This document shows, in pieces, positions 42,700 to 53,840 of a stretch of 64,000 bases of DNA (its first letter is position 1; each line of letters begins with the position of its first letter). A program made the translations under genes and the position numbers. This DNA comes from Heterodontus francisci (Eukaryota). Where the stretch lies: contig NC_090380.1 in NCBI RefSeq assembly GCF_036365525.1, forward strand, positions 79,485,784 to 79,549,783, in the 5' to 3' direction. The notes under the pieces were generated by a model that was given only the letters and a program-made list of their open reading frames with translations, did not search any database and had not been told where the DNA came from.

Positions 42700-44720
42700 A
42701 GAGTTCTTAGGAACATAGGACTTAGCAGCAGGAGCAGGCTGTTCGGCCCTTCGAGCCTGCTCCGCCATTAAATAAGATTGCGGCTGATCTGGTTCTGGTT
42801 TCAACTACACTTTCCTGTCTGCCCCCCATTAACCCACGACTCACTTGTCTCTATCAAAAATCTATCTAACTCAGCCTTGAATAAATTCAATGACCCAGTC
42901 TCCACTGCTTTCTGGGGAAGAGAATTCCACAGACTAACAACACTCTGAGAAAAATTTCTCCTCATCTCTGTCTTAAAAGAGAGACCTGTTATTCTTAAAC
43001 TGTGTCCCCTAGTCCTCCCCCACAAGAGGAAATATCCTCCCGGTATTTACTCTATCAATTCCCCTCAGGATCTTATATGTTTCAATAAGATCACCTCTCA
43101 TTCTTCTAAACTCCAACAGGTATAGTCTCAACCTGTCCAACCTTTCTTCATAAGATAGGTCCTTCATCCCTGAAATTAGTCCAGTGAATTTTCCTCTCAT
43201 GCAATTGTATCCTTTTTCAAATAAGGAGACCAAAACTGTACACAATTCTTCAGATGTGGTCTCACTAAAGGTCCTGTACAGCTGCAGTAAAACTTCCCTA
43301 CCTTTATACTCTATTCCCCTTGCAATAAACGCCAACATTCCATTTACCTTCCTAATCACTTGCTGTAACTACATACTAACCTTTTGTAATTCCAGGACAC
43401 CCAGATCCCTCTGTCCCATTGAGTTCTGCAATCTCTCTCCATTTAAATAGGAGACAGCTTTTCTATTCTTCACATTTTCACATATTATACTCCATCTGCC
43501 AAATTTCTGCCCACTCACTTAACCTATCTATATCCTTTTGTAGACTCTTCACCTCCTCGACAACTTACTTTCCTTCCTATCTTGGTGTCATCCGCAAATT
43601 TAGTTACCATACATTTGGTCCCTTCATTCAAGTCACAGATATAGATTGTAAGTAGTTGAGGCCCCAGCACTGATTCCTGTGGTACTCCACTAGTTACAGC
43701 TTACCAACCAGAAAAAGACCCATTTATTCCTACTCTGTGTTTCCTGTTAGCTAACCAATCATCTATCCATGCTAATATGTTACTCCCTACACCATGTACT
43801 CTTATCTTGTGTAGTAATCTTTGATGTGGCACCTTATCAAATGCCTTTTGGAAATCCAAGTAGACCACATGGACAGGTTCCCTTTATCCACCTTGTTTGT
43901 TACCTCCTTGAAGAACACTAATAAATTATTTAAATACTATTTCCCTTTCACGAAACCATGTTGACTCTGTCTGATCGATTATGATTTTCTAAGTATTCTG
44001 CTATAACCTCCTTAATACTGGATTCTAGTAATTTCCCTAGAACAGATGTTAGGCTAATTGGCCTATAGTTTCTGCTTTCTGTTTCCTTCCTTTCTTGAAT
44101 AAAGGTGTTACATTTGCTATTTTCCAATTCGCTGGGACCCTTCCAGAATCTAAGGGATTTTGGAAGATTATAACCAAAGCCTCTACTATCTCTGCAGCCA
44201 CCTCTTTTAAGACCCTAGGATGCAGGCCATCTGGCCCTGGGGACTTGTCAGCCTTTAGGTCTAATAGTTTTCCCAGCACCTTTTCTCTTGTGATGGTGAT
44301 TGTTTTAGGTTCCTCCCTGCTTTTCACTTCTTGCTTTTCAAGTATCTTTGGCAGGTTTTCTAAGGCTTCAGCGGTGAAAACACACAAAATACCTGTTCAA
44401 CACCTCCGCCATTTCCTTGTTTTCCATTGTCAATTCCCAGACTCACTGTCTAGAGGACCAACATTAGCTTTAGTCACTCTTTTCCTATTTAAATACTTGC
44501 AGAAACTCTTACTATATGTTTTTATATTACTAGCTAGTTTTCTCTCATACTCTTACTTTCTCCCTCAATTTTTTTGTCATTCTTTGCTGGTTTTTAAAAT
44601 CAGTCCAATCTTCTGACCTCCCACTAATTTTTGCAGATTTGTACAGTGTTTCTTCTAATTTGATACTATCCTTAACTTCCTTATTTAGCCATGAATGATG
44701 CATCCTTCTCGAAGAATCTT
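42700..44720 (-). mobile_element. CR1 LINE ORF2 (RT) and 3'UTR
   Basis: KADKSPGPDGLHPRVLKE..VPANWKIANVTPLFKKG, SYEERLDRL..RGDLIETYKIL, WNSLPQKAVE. Confidence 0.88.
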
Positions 44721-44829
44721 TCTTCTCTGAAGTAGAGTTTTCTTTGTGCAGTTTTGAATTTGTAAATATCAGTAATTGAGAATGTTAGCAAATATCTATA
44801 TGAAGAAACCAAATAACTTTGCCAACAAC

Positions 44830-45184
44830 TTGCATACATATAAACACCTCCAGCATAGAAAAATATCCTAAAGTGTTTCACAGTGATGCAATCAGAAAAA
44901 ATGGACACCAAGCCAAAGAAGGAAATATTAGGAGGGGGTGATCAAATCTTGGATCAGTGAGATGGGTTTTAAGGACTGAATTAAATGAGTAGAAGAAGGA
45001 GAGGCAGAGAGATTTAGGGCGTGAATTCCAGAGCATAGGGCCTAGATAGCTGAAGATTTGACTGCCAATGGTGAGGTGAAGTGGAAAGAGATACATGAGA
45101 GTTCAGAGTCAGAGGAATGGAGAGTCCAGAGAAGGTTGCAGAGATAGGGATGGACAAGGCATGAATGGATTTAAACATGAGGGG
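44830..45184 (-). mobile_element. L2 3' portion (continues at ~47995-48060 and ~48470-48670)
   Basis: FSYLGPMLWNSRP..KTHL; ETLIHAVVITKL.YS further right. Confidence 0.6.
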
Positions 45185-47990
45185 GCGGAGGTGATGGCGT
45201 AGTGGTAAAGTCACTGGACTAGTAAGCCAGAGCCCCAGGCTGATGCTCTGGGAACATGGGATTGAATCCCACCATGGCAAGTGGTGGAATTTGAATTTAA
45301 TTAATAAATCTGGAATTAAAAGCAAGTCCAGTGGTGACTATGAAATCATTGTCGATTGTTGTAAAAACCCATCTGTTCACTAATGTCCCTTAGGGAAGGA
45401 AATCTTCCGTCCTTACCTGGTCTGGCTTAAAATGTCTTGCCTGGTCTGACTTCCAGGGCAACTCCCTCTCAACTGCATACCACTGTGCCACCACCTCTGG
45501 TGAGGGTGGCGTCTGGGACATTGTCTGCAAGGTATGATTCTGTGAGTATATGTCAGGCGGCTGCTTGACTAGTCTGTGGGATAGCTCTCCCAATTTTGGC
45601 ACAAGCCCCCAGTTGTTAGTAAGGAGGACTTTGCAGAGTCGATAGGCTGGGTTTGCCATTGTCATTTCCAGTGCCTAGGTTGATGCTGGATGGTCCATCC
45701 AGTTTCATTCCTTTTCTTATCACTGTCATCCATAACAGTATTGGTAAGAGTGACCACTGCACAGTCCTTGTGGAGACAGAGTCCTGTCTTCACATTGAAG
45801 GTACCCACCTTCGTGTTATGTGGTACTACCACCATGCTAAATGGGATAGATTTTGAACAGATCTAGCAAATCAAAACTGGGCAGCCATGAGGCGCTGTGG
45901 GCCGTCAGTAGCAGCAGAATTGTATTCAACCACAAGGCCTGGCATATCCCCCACTCTACCATTACCATCAAGCTGGGGGACCAATCCTGGTTCAATGATG
46001 AGTGCAGGAGGGCATGCCAGAAGCAGCACCAGGCATACCTAGAAATCAGGTGTCAGCCTGGTGAAGCTACAACACAGGACTATATGCATGCCAAACAGCA
46101 GAAACATCATGCAATAGACAGGGCTAAGTGATCCCCCAACCAACGGATCAGATCTATGCTCTGCAGTCCTGCCACATCCAGTCTTGAATGGTGATGGACA
46201 ATTAAATAAGTAACTGGAGGAGGTGGCTCCACAAACATCCGCATAATCGATTATGGGGGAGCCCAGCACATCAGTGCAAAAGACAAGGCTGAAGCATTTG
46301 CATCCATCTTCAGCTGGAAGTACTGAGTGGATGATCCATCTCAGCCTCCTGAGGTCCCCAGCATCACAGATACCAGTCTTCAGCCAATCGGATTCACTCC
46401 ACATAATATCAAGAAATGGCTGAAGGCACTGGATACTGCAAAGACTGTGGGCCCTGACAACATTCTGACAATAGTACTGAAGACCTGTGCTCCAGATCTA
46501 GCCATGCCCCGAGCCAAGCTGGTCCAAAATAGCTATAACACTGGCATCTACCCAGCAATTTGGAAAATTGTCCAGATATGTCCAGTGTACAAAAAGCAGG
46601 ACAAATCCAACCTGGCCAATTACCACCCTATCAGTCTACTCGTGATCATCAGCAAAATGATGGAAGGGGTCATTGACAGTGCTATCAAGTGGCGCTTGCT
46701 CAGTAATAACTTGCTCACTGAGGCTTGGTTTGGGTTCCGCCAGGGCCATTCAGCTCCTGACCTCATTACAGCCTTGGTCCAAACATGGATAAAAGAGCTG
46801 AACTCCAGAGGTGAGGTGAGAGCGACTGCCCTTGACATCAAGGCAGCATTTGACCTTGGTATCAAGGAGACCTAGCAAAACTGGAGTCAATGGGAATCAG
46901 GGGAAAAACTCTTTGTTGGTTGGAGACATACAGAGCACAAAGGAAGATGGTTGTGGTTGTTGGAGGTCTATCATCTCAGTCCCAGGACATCACTGCAGGA
47001 CTTCCTCAGGGTAGTGTCCTAGGCCGAACCATCTTCAGCTGCTTCATCAATGACCTTCACTCCATCAGAAGGTCAGAAATGGGGATGTTCGCTGATGATT
47101 GCACAATGTTCAGCACCATTCGTGACCACTCGCATACTGAAGCAGCCCTTGTCCATTTGCAGCAAGTCCTGGACAACATCAGGCTTAGACTGATAATTGC
47201 CAAGTAACATTTTCACCACACAAGTGCCAGGCAATGACCATTTTAAAAAAGAGAGAATCAAAGCATCTCCCCTTGATTTTCAATGTCATTACAATTGCTC
47301 AATCCCCAGTATAAACATCCTGGGGGTTACCATATGACCAGAAACTGAACTGGTCCAGCCACCTAAATGCCGTGGCTACTAGAGCAGGTCAGAGGCTGGG
47401 AATTCTGTGACACATAACTCACCTCCTGTCTCCCCAATGCCTGTCTACCATCTACAAGGCGCAAGTCAGGAGTGTGATGGAATACTCTCCACTTGCCTGG
47501 ATGGGTGCAGCTCCAACAACACTCAGAGCTCGACACCATCCAGGACAAAGCAGCCCGCTTAAATGGCACCCCCAACCACAACCCTCAACATTCAGTCACT
47601 CCAACACCGACACATAGTGGGCAGCAGTGTGAACCATTTACAAGATGCACTACAGCAATTCACTAAGGCTCCTTCGACATCACCTTCCAAACCCGCGACC
47701 TCTATCACCTAGAAAGACAAGGGCAGCAGATTCATGGGAACACCACCACCTGCAAGTTCCCTTCCAAGCCACACACCATCCTGACTTGGAAGTATATCGT
47801 TGTTCCTTCACTGTCGCTGGGTCAAAATTCCAGAACTCCCTTTCTAACAGCACTGTGGGTGTACTACACCTCATGGACTGCAGCGGTTCAAGAAGGCAGC
47901 TCTCCACCACCTTCTCAAGGGCTATGAAGGATGGGCAATAAATGCTGGCCTAGTCAGCGACGCACACATTCCATGAAAGAATAAAAACAA
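45185..47990 (+). mobile_element. Near full-length LINE family B with tRNA-like head and internal inversion
   Basis: Head with A box TGGCGTAGTGG (45195-45205) and B-box-like GGATTGAATCCC (45259-45270). Inverted EN start at ~45430-45720. Then SDH, GPDNI, NYHPISLL, GFRQG, LDIKAAFD, PQGSVLG, FADD motifs and the family tail. Confidence 0.85.
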
Positions 47991-48059
47991 ATGAAGAAGA
48001 GAATTTTAAGTTTGAGGAATTGGGGAACTGGGAGCTAATGTAGGTCAGCAAGAATAGAT

Positions 48060-48465
48060 CAGAACGTAAGAACTGGGAGCAGGAGTAGGCCATTTGGCCC
48101 CTCGAGCCTATTCTCCCATTCAGTAAGATCATGGCTGATCTGATCATGGCCTCAACTCTACTTTCCTGCTGGCTCGCCTCCCCCTCCACCCCCCCCCCCC
48201 CCCCCCAAATAACCCTCAACTCCCTTGTATATAAAAATCTGTCTAACTCAGCCTTGATTTTATTCAAAGACCCAGCTTCCTCTGCTTTCTGGGATAGAGA
48301 ATTCCAAAGATCAATGACCCTCGAAGAAATTCCTCCTCATTACTGTCTTAAATGGGAGACCCCTAATGCTGAAACTGTGCCCCCTGGTTGTAGATGCCCC
48401 CACGGGGGAAAATATCCTCTCAGCATCTACCCTGTCCAGCCCCCTCAGTATCATATGTTTCAATA
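48060..48465 (-). mobile_element. CR1 3' end
   Basis: KAELDRFL followed by the SAMILLNG-type 3'UTR. Confidence 0.75.
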
Positions 48466-48949
48466 ACATGGGATTGATGGGTAAGTGAGATTGCTGCAGG
48501 ATAGGATACAGACAGATTTGTTTTGGATGAGCTTAAGTTTATAGAATATGGGAGATTGGTCTGGAGAAGAATAGAATAGATAAGTTTGGTGATGACAACA
48601 GCATGAATGAGGGTTTCAGTAGCAGACAGGATGATGCAAGGGCAGAATGATATTACAGACATGGAAGTACGAACATACAAAATTGATGAGCATGAAAATA
48701 CCGATCACAGATCACCAACATTATCACTATGACCAACTAATTAGACCGGATATTGAACCAAGAATTATCAATTGAATCATCACATTCACCAAATTAGCTT
48801 TCAATACTCAAATAAAGTGCAATTGTATTGTGATCTGTTGCAAGCTTAACATGGACAGGATACTGGGCATCTTTAGTGAAGAAGGATCCAGATATCAACT
48901 AATACTTGGAAATATAGTTGACTGGAATTTTTGTTTGCCATTTTGACAG

Positions 48950-49053
48950 ATGCTGGCGGTATGAACCTAAGCGACCCTAAGTTGTGTTACATTCTGGATG
49001 GAATTCTCTTTGTGTATGGGATTATAATCACTGGTCTCTACCTTAAGCTGAGG
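48950..49053 (+). CDS. CD247: CD3-zeta (CD247) transmembrane exon (exon 2 equivalent)
   Basis: Acceptor ttttgacag|A and donor AGG|gtaagt. 104 bp, phase 1 to 0. Encodes (D)AGGMNLSDPKLCYILDGILFVYGIIITGLYLKLR, which aligns without gaps to mammalian zeta [34 protein letters not shown] and keeps the dimer Cys, the TM Asp and the Tyr/Thr pair. DPKLCY/DGIL and the longer ectodomain favour zeta over FcR-gamma. Confidence 0.9.
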
Positions 49054-49379
49054 GTAAGTCATTTACCATTATCTGTGAGTTTCAAAGGAACCATAAATAA
49101 AATATTTATTATAAATGAAGAACAATGCATATGTCTCTGCAGGTCACTCTGTAGCATTAATGTAATTTTTCCTAATGGACAGACAATGTACTTGTCTAAA
49201 CTGTATGAGGAGCAAATCGTCAATGTTATTACAGTGATTCATATGCAGTATGCTTGGCGTTTTAGTGGGTGCCAGAATCTAGATGTAGGTGTATCGATGT
49301 GCTGTAGCATTGAGTGGTAGGAAAGAACACCCATGATTTCCCACTCAAGAAGTTTCCAGGTTTGACCAAATACCATGTA

Positions 49380-49545
49380 GACGAGGAAATTACACAGGAA
49401 GGGGCACTCTCGCATTATTTTGGTAACATTAATTTGGTAATCTAACTTCAAATAGTCACGGCAAAAACATTTAAAATGGAATAACAAACTCCCACAACTC
49501 CTCCTAGTTGTTGTATAGATATGCACAAAATGAGGATGTGGCCCT
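49380..49545. promoter_or_regulatory. Candidate T-cell enhancer motif cluster in CD247 intron 2
   Basis: ETS:RUNX composite GAGGATGTGGC (49532-49542) plus GAGGAAAT and CAGGAAG ETS cores (~49383-49401), in non-repeat DNA. Motif evidence only. Confidence 0.3.
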
Positions 49546-49994
49546 AAACACACACAGCATTATTTTTTAATGAGATATATTTTTCTTTTTTCCTGCTTTA
49601 TTGCAGCATGATTTAGTAGAGCTGGATTTTTTTCCCTGAGGCATCTGTGGTAATTACTAGCACAGAAAGAACATTTATCTTGAGGTTTCTGTGCCTCAAC
49701 TCTTTCCCAAACATTAAATAATTATAACCACATAGACTAAAACTACATTTGTTTAAAATCAAAAGTGAGCTGATTGTCTATTCATCTATGGGAACATTTT
49801 GTTCCCTTCCTGATGCAGATCATAAAAATCTGACAAGCTAGCACACCAAGGACTCCATGATCATTTGATGACAATTAACACATTGATTTTACCACAAACA
49901 ACAAGGAAAATACTTATTTCTTACCGCATTGTACTATGGAGCAGAAATAGCACCAGTGTTGATGAAAAGAATATTTAGTCCTTTGTTAAATATG

Positions 49995-50727
49995 GGCTGG
50001 AATTTTATGCCCTCACCTAAAGAGTGGGCTAGTGGCGGTGTGGGGGGAGGGGCGTAAAATGGAGTGGGAGGCTTGGGGAGCCCTTCACAACAATCTCCCA
50101 CCTCCACCGCCATTTTACCTGGCCTGCCCGCCCCAGGCCAATCAAGACCCTTAAGTGGCCAAATAATGGCTATTTAAGGGCCTTTGCCCGCCGCCACAGG
50201 GATTTTACCGTTGGCGGGCAGGCAGCCCAGGCCGGAGAAAAGCAGCCTGACAAAAGTATGCGGCTTTCTGACGGGAGGGGGGAGGGGTCCTCCTAATCGG
50301 GCACACCGTGCCTGACGGAGAGCCGTCCCCGATGCCCCAACCACACCCAACACAACCCCCTCCCCCCCCCTAATCGACCCCCCTTGCGTCGCTGGGGCCC
50401 AACCGATCACCTCCCGTGATGTCCCAAAACCCTACCTTTTTCCGAGGCTGTCATTCCTTTTCTTGTGGAAGCTGGGTTGCAGTCCCAGCAGTGGCCACCG
50501 CTTCCGGTGGCCGCTGCTGGGACTAAGAACTGCTGGCCCGCTGATTGGCCAGTAGCTCCAACAGGCGGGACTTCCTGCCTCAGTGAGGTGGCAGTCCAGC
50601 CTAAGACCAATTAAGGGCCTGGGGACCATAAAATCTGGACTGGATCTCCAGGCCCAGTGGAGGCGGGATCGCCACCAACATTTCGGTTGGTGGACGGCTC
50701 CCGTCCGCCATGCAAAAAATTCCAGCC
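49995..50727. mobile_element. GC-rich MITE in CD247 intron 2
   Basis: Perfect TIR GGCTGGAATTTT...AAAATTCCAGCC with 3-bp TSD ATG (49992-49994 / 50728-50730). Confidence 0.85.
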
Positions 50728-51320
50728 ATGGTTTCTCTTGCTTGTAAGTCCGAACATGGCATTTATTTAGTACCATTCAGAAATAGATTATTAATGTTGT
50801 GAGATTTTTCTAATTTCACGTAATATTTTTGTGTACAGAGGACTCTTCAACAAGATACTGTTAGTGCAAGATATTTTGTGAATGCATGCACTTCTATTGT
50901 AATTTCTCAATTATTTTGTTATCTTTTCAGCACTCCATGGACAACATATGAACTGGGGTTAAAAGGGCAAACAAATGACCTGTTCTCTTGCCTCTTATAA
51001 TGGCTGAAAGGAGTAGCAGGAAAGTGGTCTAATTGAAAGTTTTGAAACTTTCTTTCAGATTCTCTCCCTTCCCCACCATTTGGAAAAGTGCATGAACAGC
51101 ACCTTCCCATGTAAGCAGGGCTGAGATTAATAACTATTGGTAACCTAGTAGTGTGGGAGACTGTGGGTGTCTTGATACAGGCTTCTCATTCCATAAAGGA
51201 CAGATTGCGAAATCTTGCACTTTATTTTTAATTTCCTGTAGTAATATATTTATATCAGGCAATGGGATTGGAAAATGAAATTTATTTTTGTAAAACATCC
51301 TTTTCCTTTTGTTTTCAAAG

Positions 51321-51389
51321 CTGACCAAGGTAAAAAGTAAACCTGAAGATATTCCTGCAAACCAATTGAATATAGAAGACCAATATCAA
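51321..51389 (+). CDS. CD247: CD3-zeta (CD247) juxtamembrane exon (exon 3 equivalent), ending at the first ITAM tyrosine
   Basis: Strong acceptor ttttccttttgttttcaaag|CTG and donor CAA|gtaagt. 69 bp, phase 0-0, in frame with the TM exon. Encodes LTKVKSKPEDIPANQLNIEDQYQ. The mammalian equivalent exon likewise ends Q-L-Y-N, just inside ITAM1. Confidence 0.8.
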
Positions 51390-52454
51390 GTAAGTAACTG
51401 CTTACATTTTCTTTAATTATTTTTTAACTGTTGCTGTGTTATCCAATTAATTACACCTGATACAAATCAGGATCCTACTGTCCCTGTGACAAAGTGAAAA
51501 TGTGTTTGTCACCACTACTGAAGGTCCTGATGCCTGAGTGTGCTGAGGTGTACACTGAGGTGGGTCAGTGTTCAGTTGCTTGCCACACACAAATCAATCA
51601 CCTTTTCTGCAAAAGATATTCACTCTTTTGGAGATGGGGCTAGATGAAAGGAAGACAAATACACATTCAGAGCATCATTTGTAATATTTACCACTGAAAA
51701 TTAATTGGAGGAACAGTAAAACAAAAGTTGACAAATACAAATTCATCTTCTTTGACGAAGCTAATTAGAGGATCTGTATTTTTCAACATTTTCCCTCTCT
51801 TCACCAATTCCCGTTCCATTATTGTACAAATCTCTGAAATGATTGAAGTGTTTTGTCAACATGATAATAACAAAATGAAACTGCCCTTCACTCTGGTAGA
51901 TGTGTGATCTTTTATCCTTGGAGCGTCGGGGGAGGGGGGAATTTATACCAGAGTTAAAACATTTTAAAAATCTTAGAATATAGGCATTTGTGTGATTTAA
52001 TAATTGTAAATTGTTAAGGATCAGTCACAGTTGAGACTGACATGTTGTGTAAATCATGTGGTGTAAAAGCTTAAGACTTCATGTGAAGGAATCGTTGACT
52101 AATGACACTTTAAAACAAATTGTATTTTATTTGAAGATGTACAAAAATGCACTGTACATTTCTCTAATTCTTCAATGTGCTGAGCATTCAAATTCTACAG
52201 AAAATATAATTATTTATGACATAATATTAGAACTTGCAGAGGGATTTCATAACAGTTGAAATTGTGGAGGCGTTAATTATTTTGTGGGCATATTGAACAG
52301 GATGTCCATCTCATGCAATCAGCAGGAGGCCTGATCAATTTTGTGGTTAGGCGGATGGGGGGCATTAACAAGGATTCCGTGAGGTGCCAGTGCTACTTAT
52401 TGGCAGCTCACCGATTTGGGAGGGTGGGAAATCCAGCAGGGCAGCTGATCTTGA

Positions 52455-53485
52455 TAAACACAAGAAATAGGAGCAGAAGTAGACCAAATGGCCCATCAAG
52501 CCTGCTTCGCCATTCAATACAATCATGGCTGATCTTGGGCTTCAATTCCACTTCCCTGCCCACTCCCCATATCCCTTAATTCTTTGATTCTATCTATCCC
52601 AGCCTTAAATGTATTCAACAATGGAGCATCCACAACCCTCTGGGATGGAGAATTCCAAAGATACACAACCCTTTGAGTGTAGTAACATTTCCTCATCTCA
52701 GTCCTGAAAGATTGGCCCCTTATCCTGAGACTGTGCCCCTGCGTTCTAGATTCCCTGAACAGTGGAAACAATCTCTTAACTTCTACCCTATCAAGCCCTT
52801 TCAGAATCTTGTATGTCTCAATTATATCGCCTCTCATTCTTCAAACCTCCAGAGAATATAGGCCAAATTTACTCAGCCTCTCATCTAGGACAACCCCCTC
52901 ATTCCAGGGACCAATTTAGTAAGTCTTTGCTGCACTGCCTCCAGTGTAAGAATATCCTTTCTTAAATGTGGAGACCAAAACTGCACACAGTATTCCAAGT
53001 GTGGTCTCACCAAAGTCCTGTACAATTTTAGTAAGACTTATTTATTCCTGTACTCTAATCCCCTGCAATAAAGGCCAACATGCCATTTGCCTTCCTAATA
53101 GCCTGCTGCACCTGCATGTTAACTTTGTGCGTTCCTTGTACGAGTACCCCCAAGTCTCCTTGAACATCAACAATTACCAGTTTCACATCTTTTTAAAAAT
53201 ATTCTGCTTTTCTATTTTTATGACCAAAGTGAACAACTTCACACTTCCCTACATTATATTCCATTTGCCTTCTTGTTGCCCACTCACTTAACCTGTCTAT
53301 ATCTCTTTGTAGCCTCTCTATGTCCTTCCTGCAGCTTACCTTTCCACCGAGCTTTGTATCATCAGCAAAGTAGATACATTACTCTGTCTCTTCATCCAAG
53401 TCATTAATATAGAGTATAAATAGCTGAGGCCCCAGCACTGATCCTTGCGGCACCCCACAATTCACTGTGGGCCAACTTGAAAACC
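52455..53485 (-). mobile_element. CR1 LINE RT C-terminus and 3'UTR
   Basis: RGDIIETYKILKGLDRV..RVVYLWNS; PQGSVLGP and FADD region. Confidence 0.85.
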
Positions 53486-53840
53486 GGTAGCAACAACTTA
53501 AAGAGCAGGGTGGAAGCATCAGGAGTAGCAGTTTATATTCTCATCAACATGCTGCCCCTTGACAACATCATCTGAAAACACAGTGTCAGTTTCCACATGT
53601 AAGCTAATGCTACCTAGCTCTACCTTACCATCTCATCTCTTGACCATTTCACTATCTCTAAATTATCAGACTGCTTGTTCGTCATCCAGTGCTGGATAAG
53701 TAGAAATTTCCTCCAACTAAATATTGGGAAGACCAAAGCCATTGTCTTTGGACCCCGCTGCAAACTCCAATTTCTAGCCATTAACTCCATCTCTCTCCTT
53801 GGCAACTGTCTGAGGCTGAACCAAACCATTCACAACCATG

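Noticed and set aside
45185-45275. Genuine tRNA gene (also the SINE heads at 11000, 14398 and 58008)
   Set aside because: A/B boxes are present but each runs into retroelement sequence, and I could not support a full cloverleaf.
48931-49320. 129-aa ORF as a complete single-exon protein
   Set aside because: Only 48950-49053 is zeta-like and bounded by splice sites; the rest is intron read-through.
49995-50727. CpG-island promoter
   Set aside because: The GC/CpG richness lies entirely within a TIR-bounded repeat that has several copies in the window.
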